64,000 nucleotides of DNA from Trichosphaerium sp. ATCC 40318. Lineage: Eukaryota; Protista; Tubulinea. This document shows positions 1-12,026 of the stretch, piece by piece (the stretch's first letter is position 1; each line of letters begins with the position of its first letter). A program made the translations under genes and the position numbers. Where the stretch lies: contig JALMLS010000079.1 of assembly GCA_038496445.1 (NCBI GenBank), positions 124,001-188,000 on the forward strand, read 5' to 3'. Below the pieces are notes generated by a model that did not search any database, was not told the DNA's origin, and was given only the letters and a program-made list of their open reading frames with translations.

Positions 1-562
1 CGAACAAGCTGTCAAGAGTCTTGAAGAGATATCAAACAGTTTGGCAAACGCACAAGTTGAATGTGGTATGAGGATCACTCCTAGAGATTATTGCAAGTCA
101 AACATCAATAAGGGGTTGATGGAAGTTGTATACGAATGGGCACGAGGTGTGGTACGTGATCGTTCTCTTTAAACACTCAAAACACGTCAAGTATTGTACT
201 GTTTCCTGATCACTTTATTTTAGAGTTTCAAGACAATTGTTGAGCTGACGGATGTGCCTGAAGGTAAAAACTCGTTTACCCATTATTACCTTTTTTTCGT
301 TTAACTTTTGTTTTTAAGGTACAATTGTGCGGTCTATTATAAGGTTGGATGAGACGTGCAGGGATTATAAGAGTGCTGCTAAAATTATTGGAGATTATGA
401 GCTGGCTGCCAAGATGGAAGCGACATCTCAGCTTATCAAGAGGTACCCAACAACATCCTACTATTTTGTTTTTAATGAAATCCATTTGCTGCCCTTTTGT
501 ACTTACAGCGTATTTCTTCTTTTAGGGATATTGTATTTGCGGCGAGTTTGTACATACAATAA
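1..562 (+). CDS. SKI2: Ski2-like RNA helicase, 3' end (DSHCT domain), 3 introns, 5'-partial
   Basis: Spliced translation GLMEVVYEWARGV-SFKTIVELTDVPEG-TIVRSIIRLDETCRDYKSAAKIIGDYELAAKMEATSQLIKR-DIVFAASLYIQ*. The PEGTIVR..RLDETCR form fits Ski2 better than Mtr4. Confidence 0.9.
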
Positions 563-1355
563 GTGCTTTAATAAATATTTACAAGCCTCGAAACTGCTTT
601 TTACCTCAACTTGTTCGTTTAGTGACACATCTTTTTTGGTGCTCGCTACGCGAGTACTTGAGTATGTCAGTTACAAAAAACACGTTGTTTACAGACACTA
701 CAAGAGGTGGTATAGTAAGCACTAATGGTGGAATCATAAATTTTAGTTGTTGCAGTTGTACACAAAGATCACGTAATAACAAGTTTGTTGCTCTACAAAA
801 GAGCACAGTGAAAGGAAAGGATTCTTGAGTATTTTGTTAAAACACTTTCATGTTACTTTCAGGTTGCTCCACAAACACGCCAAATTCGTAAAAACAGAAG
901 ACCTTTCACTATTAGGGTTGGTATCTCACTCCAGGCTTCCTATGACAATTGGCGCTACTAATAAAGGATTACGTTGCACATGTGAGCAAATCTAAAAAGC
1001 CTGCTATTCCAAATTTTTCGCGGTAGCTGCTAGTCTGCACTGTCTCTAAACATTTATGGACGCGTAAATTCGGTACTATTCGATACGAATGCACGCGGAC
1101 ATAAGCTTGCAGAATGTTACGAAGTTCTGTCTTGAGTATGCAAGATGGAGTTGCAGTTTCGCAATATTTGCAAAGATTGGCGCTATACGACGTCTACTGA
1201 ATGTTTTGAGTTGCACTTCTCCACTTCGGGTTTTCGGGTAGAGTATAGCAACATCAAAGGGTAACGCGAAACTCCGATACTAATCGGGAAGTCAAACGTC
1301 GGTCTTTGCGTGTCAATCAAGTCATTAATCCTCAAACTCCACAAACAACACAACA

Positions 1356-2011
1356 ATGTCAGAAGTAGGTATGTTAAACATCAAATTGGTAGAAGCAAAA
1401 GACTTGCCAAACGAAGACGCCACTGGTACGTACCGTTAATTTCTGCCAACTCCTTTCTCGCTCTACTTGCCCGTCGCCGTTTACTTACTCCTTTTTCAAG
1501 GTAAGAGCGACCCTTTCGTCATCATTCAAGTGGGTAACGACTACCACTGGAGCAAAGCCTACAAAAGCAAGACAATCGATAACAACAACGCTCCTGTATG
1601 GAACGAAACATTTGAGTGCGTCTTTTGTGAGCCCAGAAGCCAACAAATCATTTCTTTTTGAAAAACTTTTTTTTTTTCTTGTTTGCTCTCTATCACCAAC
1701 TCTCGTTGTAGTATCCCTGTCAAAGAGCCAGAAAAGGATTCTGTACGTTTCACTCTTGTAGACGATGACGTATTGGGCTCAGATGACCACGTAAGATTGC
1801 GCGATCACCTGTTTTAGTTTCGAGATTTTTTTTTCTTTTTTTTTTCGGTTCGTAAGGTCTGATTTTGTTCGTTTAGCTCGGTATTGTAACTGTTGAGCTT
1901 AAAACACTTCCAAAAGGACAAGCAAAAGATTGCTGGTTGGGATTGAAGCTTAAAGGAAAAGATAGAGGTGCTGTACACGTTGTACTCACCGCCACTGGCT
2001 TTGGATGCTAA
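1356..2011 (+). CDS. Single C2-domain protein, 3 introns
   Basis: MSEVGMLNIKLVEAKDLPNEDATGKSDPFVIIQVG...SKTIDNNNAPVWNETF...VRFTLVDDDVLGSDDHLGIVTVEL...ATGFGC*, with canonical C2 Ca-binding Asp motifs. Confidence 0.9.
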
Positions 2012-2364
2012 TTACGGTCCATTTTGAAGCAAGGTGAAGCGAGATTGATAAAACAAAAAAAAAAAAATCAAAAAAAACTGATTTGAGCCTTTAATGGCAA
2101 TAAAGCCTGAATTTTTCTCAACGCAAAACAGAACAGCAATTTTATTGTGTGCGAAAAAGATCCAACAAATATAATCACCGTTTTAGTCTTGGTTTTTTTT
2201 TCGAAAACTGTGGAAAACAATTTATTCAAATCCATCATCTTCGCGCATCATCAACAAAAAAAACAAAACAGCAATGGGTTTGAAAATTAAAATCTGAACT
2301 TGTGTGTTTGTAATCTCGTTTATTTTGTTTGCATGCATGATGGAATAAGTTTCAGTTTATATCT

Positions 2365-3948
2365 CTAGCAACATCCCTTGGTTGTAGTAGTTGGGCAACA
2401 CCCCTCATTTTCCTCCTTTGAAGCAGACGCTTTGGAGGCGAAAGGCATGTTTCCACCACATCCTGCAAAAATACCACGATGTTTAGACAAGTCGCCTGAG
2501 AACTCGAAATGTGGCGCGAATCTTGTCTTCTGAAGCATAGCATTGGTATTACTACAAACCTGCAATGGGAATCAGTACAACGTTAAAATCCTTTCAAAAA
2601 AAAAAGGCAGACTTACCGGAAATGATTTTCCTTTTGGAATGGTGTGATGCGCATCAAGTTTGAATTCCTCTGGGTGGTTTGGAATTGTACCCTAAACATT
2701 GGTGTTAATACGCGACACATCTATATTCAAGTAAGGATGTACCTTGTACACTACAGCTTGTCCATAGTCCTCACAAGCCGGCTCGAGATCATCAAGTTTC
2801 CAAAGACGGAAGGTTGAAGAGTAGAAAGTAATAGGGGCAAGTAGTGCCTCAATCTTAGGGTTACCAATGGAAAATACAACATCTATACAATAAAAAGTAT
2901 GAGATCTTTGAGGAAAACGGTAAAAGAACATCAGTTTCTGGTAAAAGAAAAAACCAAAAAAATAAAAAAAAACCATTGATTACCATCAACAACTCGTGGG
3001 TCTGTGAAGCCTACTTTCTTTGCCAAGTTAACGAAATCGTTCCAGTATAATGCACCGCTCAGGCATTCACCCCATAAGACCTTATCCTTTCTGAGTTCTT
3101 CTGAGATGCGTCTGTCGGCGTACACATCGGAGAAGTAAAATTCGCCTCCTTTCTAGAATAAAATATTAACACATTTCAACTCCTTGCTTATTGACAACTC
3201 TCTAGCGTACCTTGAGTACTCTAAAAGCTTCACTGAGTACAGCGTGCTTATCAGGGGATAGATTAACAACACAATTGGACCTAAACACACGGGATGAGCC
3301 TTGAGTTTTGGACAGTTTTTGATTTCCTTTTGTTTGTCACTCCTGACTGCTGACGTACACTATTATGTCAACTGATTCATCCTCAATTCCAGCAGTCTTT
3401 AAATCCTCAATATAACCTTGTCTAAACTCGATATTTGGTTTCTCATAACCGAATTGCTTGGTTTGATGATCAACGTATTTGTTTGCAGTGTCGATCTGCT
3501 CTTGAGTCATATCTAGGCCTATAACTTTACCTGATAACACGAGTTAAACAGTTTGCGAGACATGGGTACTACTAGGCCAACTTACCTTTTGGTCCTACTA
3601 GCTTCATTAGGATGTAGCAATCTCTTCCTGAACCACAACCAAGGTCAAGTACAGTACCTGTACGCGTAAGTGTCAGTACAACAGATTTGTATGTGTAAAT
3701 CGCGTTTTAATAGCGTCTATGCTCTTTCACAGCGTAGGAAAGGCGAACTACGTACAGTTTTCAACAAGTGGAGGTATTGTTAGTCCACAGCCGTAATACT
3801 TTGCTAAAACGTCGTCGTGGATGTTTTTTAATACGTCTTTGATGTAATCGGGAGGTGCGCTGGCACATTCACATGCGTTGGTCTTTAGATCTTTGGTTCC
3901 TTTCAAAACCTTGCCATAGTATTCCTTTACGTCTTGCTTTATGCTCAT
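2365..3948 (-). CDS. AS3MT: Arsenite S-adenosylmethionine methyltransferase (AS3MT/ArsM), 7 introns
   Basis: YYGKVL..TKDLKTNAC, KYYGCG, VLDLGCGSGRD, SNCVVNLSPDK, WGECLSGALYW, CEDYGQAVVYKGTI, and a C-terminal GCC..GCC. All introns are GT-AG. Confidence 0.93.
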
Positions 3949-4477
3949 GATGATGGGTTCTGAAGTTTATGCCAAATTCGTTAAATTTCCGAAAAACATC
4001 CTTCTCCACCATTTTCCCCCAAAAGATACCTTTGCTTGTGTAGAGTGATATGGGACAAAAGTGCGGAGAGCTATTTAAGCGATGCTTTGTGGATTTTAAG
4101 TCCATATTTATCGTACACGTAACACGCATAGTGAATATTCCGTTGTCGCACTGGACTTCCTCATTGTAACGAAACAATTTCAGTAAAATACAATAGCAGA
4201 CCAATATTAAAGTTTCCTGTCGACCCACTAGATATTTTCAAGAAATAGTCTTGAAATTCTTTCCTGTAGCTTGTTGTTACTAAGTTTTGCCCCTTCCAGT
4301 TCGGTTGAACATCAGGAGATGCCATGCACGTCACGTGTCTACTGCTGGCAACGTCGTAAAATCCCACCGGCGGGCATTTGGGTAAGCTCGGAGTAGTCAC
4401 CGTGTAACCCGCTGCAGTATTGGCGTGGTGGCAGTCCAATCAGGACCACTACACGCAGCATACAGTAAAAAGAGAGC

Positions 4478-7185
4478 ATGAAAATGCATCCTACAGCTCT
4501 GCGGAACGTAGGTATTAGCGTTCACAATTATTTATTGAAACAGGTCCTGCTTATTGAAGTCCTTAGAACTAGAAAAAGTAACGTTGTTCGCATGTTAAAC
4601 TGATGTTTACGGATAAAGTACCAACGCGTAAACGACGTCCGTCTACGTTTAGGCGTTTTCGTTCTTTGTTTGGTGGAAAGAAGAGAAAAAAACAGCATGT
4701 AGGGAAAGACAGGCATGCTGTGGGCATGTCGTCAAGGTAATTACAAGCTTGCGTAAATGAAAGATCCACGCTATCAACCTTTATTACGTCATCTATGGAT
4801 CGTTTATTAATTGGATTTTAAACAGAGGGCAACGCAGAAGCGACTCTGGGTCAAGGAGAAGAAAGAAAAGAAATTCAACTCAATTGTCCTCTCCTCTGGA
4901 TAACAGACTGTACGATACATCTATACACGTGGTTAGTATGTGGGAGTTTAATTAAAGTAATAGGGTAATCGGTAAAAAGAATGGCAATAATACTACTGGG
5001 CATATAAGAAAACAAACCAGTAAGCGCTCGACAGAGTTGTTTGAAGAGAGCGAAGAAGGTTCGTTTTAGCACTGGTTTTTTTTGTTTTCGCGAAACGGTT
5101 GTTTTAAGCGTCTCGAATTTATAAACGTTTCTCGGGTATTGTACATCGGATGAAGCAATACGTTAGGAACTACCGAACAAATTAACCTCCAAATGGCGGT
5201 TTTGTCGTATTGTTCACTGAGACTAGTCTAACGTTCCTTAGTACCACCACCATCGTCTCTGAGATCAAGAGCTGGAGGGATTTGGGAGGCTGACGTACCA
5301 AAAGCAAAACCTAAAAAATCAAGTATGGCCACACTACATTAAATTCACCACGTTTTTTTGGTCAAAAGTTGCAAATTAACTGCACGTTTTTTGGCTTTTT
5401 GGGTTTTTTTTAGAGAGGGTGAAAAAGAAAGGTTTTTTTAGGTTGTTTCGTTGTTTGTGTTAGCCTGCTAATTGATTTTTTGAAGCGAGAGAAGAGTTAC
5501 TAAAGAATAGAAGGTCTAGACAAGTTGATGTACTGCGTGTCATTCATTGGGATGAGACACCCCATGATGTTGCGAATGCTTCCTATTATTCAGTGTCTAC
5601 GTTAATATTGTATTTAAAAAGTACGTCTCACAAAGTGAGTTAATTTTATTTTTAGACACGTTTTTTTTTGTTTGAACTCGTGCCTGAGAAGTTGTTTTTT
5701 TTGAATTTTTTTATTTATCACGTGATTATTTCTATTTTTTTTTTGACTTTGTTTGTTAGGTATAAGCCAATTTAAAGACTTGGTGTCAATGTATTATTAT
5801 AAAAATGTACGTTTACAATACGCTTTGAATATTATAAGAAATTGTGGTTGATGTAGCATTAAAGGAAGGAAATAAGAGAGTTTGGACGAAAATAGAAAAA
5901 GAGACTGATTTGAGACGTGCACGTGAATCTAGAGCAGTTGTTTATTGTTTTGATGTTGATAAGGTTGCTGAACAACGTATGTATTAATTTACTCTTGCTT
6001 ATGTTACAATACTGACGAAAAATAGGAGGTCGAAGGCACAGCTTTGATTCAGACGACTTTGAAAAGAAAGTGGTATGCAAACACTTTTTTTTTTTCTTAT
6101 TTTCGCTGACGCGCTTGTAGAAAACCAATAGCAATTTGGATAAACTTCAAGATTTGATAGATGCTGTTGAAGGCGTTGTACGTATTTTCTAGAAAATATC
6201 CGAACGTACAAAGTAGCTTACACGACGATAACAAATTAGGATTATGAAGAAAATAGTAGAGCAATTCATAGACAAAATAGTGATAAATCTCAAAATTCTA
6301 AACCGCTTATTGGGCAAAAAACGTCGGTTCGTGACGTACAGATACAACCTAATTTAATCAAACGTAATGCTTACAATTATACCTTTTAGAAACGACCTCG
6401 AAAGGTGCAACTTTCAGAAGCAAACAGAAAGTTTGACGAAAACTATGCTACAATCACTTCAAGAAAGCAAGACTCAACAAGACCTAACTTAAGAGTCAGC
6501 ATGGAGTCTTCAAGAAAAATAAACGTGTCGGAAAAACGTGTAAGTATCCATGAGAAATATGCAAAGAAAACTTCGAAGCATTTTTAGAAAAAATCACGTG
6601 ATTTTTTTTTGAACACGTGATTAATTTTTTCGTGAATATTGAACCAAGGTATTGATTTTTTCTCTCTTTGTAGCCGGTATCAATTGCCAGTATTCGAGGT
6701 AAACGAAGGGCTGGCACACGGCCGACATTTCACATGGATTCGTTTAGTGAGATGATGTTAAATCAAAAGTTTGTTGGTGATGATGAAAGTTCATCAGGCG
6801 ATCACGCTTCTTTTGTATCACAACTTGACACGATCAAATGCACGCTAAATATTCGTGCTCCAAAATCTGCGGACAAGTAAGTCTTAAAACAACATACTTT
6901 TAACTTCAACATCTTTTTATGCTTTGACTATGCACCAAAATAATTTTAACAAACAGTTTTATTCAAGTATTATTTTTTGACGTTATTTGTAGAGCAAACG
7001 GAAGTCTAAGGGTTGAAATTATTGGTCCAGATGGAGAGGAAGTTGAATATACAGTTTCTGATGTTGGAGGTGGTATGCATGTTGTATCATACTATGCCGG
7101 TTCTGGTGAGTACCAAGTTGATGCTTGGTTTGGAGGAGAACGTGTCAAAGATTGTCCATTTGTTCAGCTTTTTGGTGTTAAATAG
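4478..7185 (+). CDS. Multi-exon protein with a C-terminal filamin/ABP280 Ig-like repeat; 5' exons uncertain
   Basis: The last exon reads GSLRVEIIGPDGEEVEYTVSDVGGGMHVVSYYAGSGEYQVDAWFGGERVKDCPF, a filamin pattern. A chain of short GT-AG-bounded exons lies upstream, and the start is tentative. Confidence 0.55.
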
Positions 7186-7359
7186 TCACATTGATGAGAG
7201 ATGCAAGAAAATAAAAGAAAAAAAACCCCCAACATTTGTACAAATCAAAAACAAACGTCATGTTTCGTTCACCTAACACGTTATGTTGTTTTATATGCAA
7301 CTATGAAAAATCTACCTTGTGATAAGATTTGACGTTTGATGGGTTTTTATATCAAAAGG

Positions 7360-7494
7360 GCCGTGAAATGCAAATCCATATTTGAGGCTGTTAAGTTGCC
7401 TATTGCACCTACAACTCCTGTGGCACCAACTACTACACCTGTTGTACCAACTACAACAGCTCCGAGTGCTCCAACAGCACTTAAAAGTATATGA
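7360..7494 (+). CDS. Short Pro/Thr-rich terminal exon or gene remnant
   Basis: VKCKSIFEAVKLPIAPTTPVAPTTTPVVPTTTAPSAPTALKSI* follows an AAAAG acceptor. The upstream exon is unclear. Confidence 0.3.
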   Translation, partial: AVKCKSIFEAVKLPIAPTTPVAPTTTPVVPTTTAPSAPTALKSI

Positions 7495-7674
7495 TGGTAA
7501 CTAAAATAAATAGTTGACTAAATCATTGTGCATCAACTTCAAATTTGTTTCATTTGCTTTTCTTTTTAGACATTGAACAGTGTGGAGTACATACTCTGAG
7601 TTTCTTGACTTATTCTGTTTTGTCCAAAAGTATTCTGGGCTATTTTTGTGATTTAAGGTACTTGTTATTCGATC

Positions 7675-10380
7675 ATGGCATCTCAGGACGAAGAAGTTCC
7701 ATTAGTTCAAGAAAATCCTCCTCCAAAACGGTTCTGCACAGTATCAAAGGTACTATCTAATTAACTGTCACGATTCTACATTGTGAGGTCATCTTGTTTT
7801 GACAAGTTGTACAGGTCATTTTATTGGCTTTTATTACACTGATAGCGGTCATTGTAGCTATTGTCGTACCAATTAGCATTGTTCTTTCTAACGAAGATTC
7901 AAATGGCACTGTTTACCATAACGCTATAGTGTAGTACGTCGTAGGTTCATTTTAAATCAAATTTAAAGCACTACAAAATAAATAACTAACGGTTTTCATA
8001 ATTTTTTTTGTACAAACAATGTCCTGCTATGCCAGTCAGAGCATGGTGTTATTTTAGGTTTCGCATTGTTGTTTTTGGATAATTTTATTGATTTTGATTA
8101 TAGCACTGCAGAAGATGGTCAAGAGAGTCCTATTGAAGCTTTCGCTGTTCAAGATGGACGTTTTGTTGCTGTTGGTACTTCTTCTAAACTGCAGAAAGAT
8201 TACAGACGATTCAAGCACGTTGACATGAATGGACAGACAATACTCCCTGGAATGACAGACGCGCACTGCGTATCCTTACTTACGAAAGTGTATCCACTTT
8301 TCTCAATAATCGTATTTTCTTTGACGCGAAGCACGTGCTCGGTCTTGGTACAGCGCTAGCGCAAGCTGACTTGATGGGATTAAGATCGGTGGATGACGCA
8401 CGAAATACTTCATTTGAGAGTGACGGTTAACCGTTGTTTTAGGTTATAGTAACTCTTCAGGAGGCTCTACAACTCAATAAGACACAAGATGGATGGTTAC
8501 TTGGTAGAGGATGGGATCAAACGCTCTGGCCTGGAAAAGAATTTCCAACAAAGGAAATGTTGGATGCTGAGTTTCCTGATACTCCTATATGGCTAAGAAG
8601 AGTTGATGGTCATGCTTCTTGGGCTAATTCAAAGGCTATGGAAAACGCAGATATACCTGCAGAAAACCCAGATGGGTACGAGAAGCTGTTGTGTCATTTT
8701 TTGACTGTTTTTGCATAAATCACGTGATACTCACGTTTTTTTGAAGCGGTGAGATCATTCGCGATCCAATCACAAATGAACCAACAGGCGTATTTGTCGA
8801 CACTGCTATGGCGTATGTGACACGTCTTGTGCCTAATGCCACTTTTGAGGATAACTATTTTCGATTACAGCTTGCTGTAAACGAAATGCAAAGACTTGGT
8901 ATTACTGGAGCACATGATGCTGGCATTGATACAGAAGTACGAAGAATGAATAACGCTAGACAAAAACTACAAAGATGGTGACTTTATTGTTTAGGAGGTA
9001 GCGTTGTTTGAGGCTGCTGTTGATGCAGATGAGTTTGACATTCGGTATTATGGTATGATTAGTAACGTATACGAAGATCCCGGTGCTCCACCAGGCAAAA
9101 AGCGAATGTGTCGCGTCAAGTATGAACAGAGTTCTTTTTCCTGTATTTTTTATTCTATTTTGTTTTTTTCCTTTTCCACTATTGACTATGAGAAGGCGTG
9201 ACTGGCAGACTATTGGTCATGCTCATAGCCACGAACAAGAATGTAGTATTGTTGATGAAAGTGTGGAGCATCCAGCTGATACTTGGTGTCAACGTGGTCA
9301 TTTGTACTACAAGGACAGACTTACAATTCGTTCAACAAAAATTTATATGGATGGTGCTCTTGGAAGTTATGGTGCTGCTTTATTGGACCAATATTGTGAT
9401 AGTATGTATAAATTAGTTTATCTATCTATATAACGCATTACTAATTAATTTTATTCTTACCCTAGAAAACACTACTGGGTTGCTTCGCACGACACCTGAA
9501 ATATTCAACTCTTCGGTCAGAAAGTGGATGGAATGCGATTTCCAGGTTAACACCCATGCTATTGGTGACCAGGCAAATAGAGTTGTACTTGATGGATATA
9601 TATGGGCTATGAACCTTCTTAACTTGACACACAAGGATATGCGTAATAGGGTGAGGCTTGATTCTCTCATTTGTTTTTTTTTTTTGACATTTTTTTTTTG
9701 AACAGGTTGAGCACGCTCAAATCATCAACCCTGATGATTTTATCAAGTTTAGAGATTATAATATCATTCCTTCGATGCAACAAATACATGCAATGAGGTA
9801 CAAATTACAATCACGTGGACTAAGAAGACAAAATATTAAAATATTTGTTCAGCGACAGAAACATGTCAATAGACAGAATAGGATGCAATGAAACGAGAAT
9901 ACGAGGGGCCTACGCATGGAAAACCTTCATGAATATGGGCGTACTCATACCTGGCGGTTCAGATTTTCCTGTGGAAAGAGCTAATCCAATGTTCGGGCTT
10001 CATGCAGCTGTTACAAGAGAAAATCAATCAGGTATGTTGTAAAAACCTCTTTTATTTCTTGGTAACTTTTGAAAAGGTTTTCCAAGCGGTGGATGGTATC
10101 CTGAGCAAAAAATGACACGATGGGAGGCCCTTCAGTCTTTTACAAAAGTAGCCGCACATGCAGCATTCCAGGAAGATGAGTTGGGTACGAGAGATTAACA
10201 GTTTGATTTTTTAGTTCTAAAAACTAATGTGAGTTTTAAAAAGGGACTATTGCTCCTGGTAAGCATGCTGACTTTATTGTTATCGATAAGGATTATATGA
10301 GAATGCCTCAGAGTGACATATGGAAAATCAATGTTCTACAAACTTACTTTGGTGGAAAAGCTGTTTACACACGTGAATAG
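7675..10380 (+). CDS. YtcJ/LAF3-like amidohydrolase (Amidohydro_3) with N-terminal membrane anchor, about 11 introns
   Basis: TM segment VILLAFITLIAVIVAIVVPISIVL, followed by ILPGMTDAHCH, GRGWDQ, RVDGHASWANS, KIYMDGALGS, HAIGDQAN, RVEHAQ, GSDFPVE and GTIAPGKHADFIV. Confidence 0.92.
8270..8331 (+). other. U12-type (minor spliceosome) GT-AG intron
   Basis: 5' end GTATCCTTAC, and TTTTCTTTGAC just before the terminal AAG. Removing these 62 nt restores the DAHC|H motif and the reading frame. Confidence 0.75.
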
Positions 10381-10623
10381 TTGTAAACTCTTTGAGAACA
10401 CAAACTTTTTTTTGAAAATTCTGTTTCAAACAAGAATCAGGTCTTTATCATTTTTAGCATCTTCATAAACACATACCAATAAAAAATCATTCTAAATCAC
10501 ACTATGAACACAATAACTATCATAAGAAGAGTTTCCTTGGTTTTTCAATCCTTTTTCATGGTGCCTATTAGAGCGCCATGAAATCTTTACTATTGGATAT
10601 CTATTTCTTTTTTTCGAATTATT

Positions 10624-11272
10624 TCACCACTCTTGCAAATTTCCATCTGCGTCCCAGGTCTTGCTATCTCCATCTTGTTTATCTTGTATGTAATGAGCAT
10701 GCATCCATAAAGTACCATTCATATGCCACCTTTTAAACTCCCCATGTTGGCAACCATTAACATAAAAACAATGCTCTTTCAATTCTCCATTAATATACCA
10801 CATCCTATACTCTCCTTCTCTTTTATCATTGACATAGTGACAATGTTCCCACAACTGCCCATTCTCATACCAACACCTATGATCTCCTTCTCTCTTATTA
10901 TTGACATAGTGCTTCTGTTCCCATAACTGACCACTGTCGTACCAACATTTGAACTGTCCTGTATTGTCACCATGAATCCAATGTTGTTGAGTTACAACTT
11001 GTCGTTTTGATCCTAAGATAGCGTATTGAATCCATTTTCCGTGTTTTTCCAGGTCGTCATCGAACCTTGTAGTCGTTGCTGTTTGTTTTGACAACAATGC
11101 CCAGTTTTTGTACACTTCTAAGTCTAACTCTATAATACAAAGCTGTAGCTCCACTGGAAGGCGTAATAGGTTGTTTCTATCCAGTTTTGAAGGGTTTGTC
11201 TATTTTACTCAAATTAGGCGCCAAAGTTTAAGATTACAGCGTTATTACCTGGACTATTTTGTTCCTATTCAT
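10624..11272 (-). CDS. F-box-like N-terminus plus MORN-variant (MORN_2/YwqK-like) repeats; exons 11272-11249 and 11199-10624
   Basis: MNRNKIVQ|TNPSKLDRNNLLRLPVELQLCII, then repeats of the form Y.N.KREG.YR.WY.NG.L. The intron is 49 nt GTAATA..TAG, phase 0. Confidence 0.75.
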
Positions 11273-11439
11273 ATCGCAGAAGATCACAACAATAGCACGA
11301 ATTGATTTGACACTGTAACTTAAATAATGAATTCTGCTTCAAGTCGCCTTCAATCAACAACTTAAACTTTTGCAGAGTTCCCCTTAAGCAAGACTAGCTC
11401 CTTTTTGTGCAACGTAATACTGCTTTAGATCCTCCTTTT

Positions 11440-11493
11440 AACCTAGCATCTCATGCCCCGTAAGCACGCGCCTTACCGTTGGGCCAGCGCGGC
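11440..11493 (-). tRNA. 3'-truncated tRNA-Arg(ACG) pseudogene
   Basis: GCCGCGC TG GCC-CAACGGTAA-GGC G CGTGC-TT-ACG-GG-GCATG AGATG CTAGG TT. The acceptor 5' strand, D arm, anticodon arm and 5' T stem are intact, and similarity stops inside the T loop. Confidence 0.8.
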
Positions 11494-12026
11494 ATTCAAC
11501 TTGTGGTAAAGAAAGGAAATGTTCTGGATCGACTAGTTATGGCTGTACACGTGTTTTACTCCGTTACAGACGTTTGGGTAAACTTGAGTTGACTTCGTAT
11601 AAATCAACAACAACAACCGACAAAGCTTAAACAACATGGCGAGCAGCAATCACCCACATCCCACCCAAAAATTTCCTTTTCAATTTGTTTTAAAAACTGT
11701 AAAACCTTTCTTTTGTTTTCCAAGTGTTCTTGTATAATATAACAAACGCTTGGCGCTGCGGTAGAGCCACAAGACATTTTATCTTCCTCCCAACATCGTC
11801 TTAGTTAGTGTTCCTTGGTTAGTTGATAGAAGAAAGTCAACTGAGAGTGTTAGAACTCTAACGATGTTGGAGCTGAAGCGTTTTGTTAATTTTGATTCTT
11901 TGGATCAACTCAGTGTAGAATGAATGTATTTATTTAATGAGTTCTGAAGCGGGTTCAAACGTATGAAGACGCTTAGTCGCACGTGTTTTGTCTGTCTGAC
12001 TTAATGCGTGTTGCAAAAAATCACGT

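Noticed and set aside
5919-5963. Extra GC-AG intron (GCACGT) and a 13-nt micro-exon
   Set aside because: The segment reads through in frame (RRARESRAVVYCFDVDKVAEQ), so no intron is needed.
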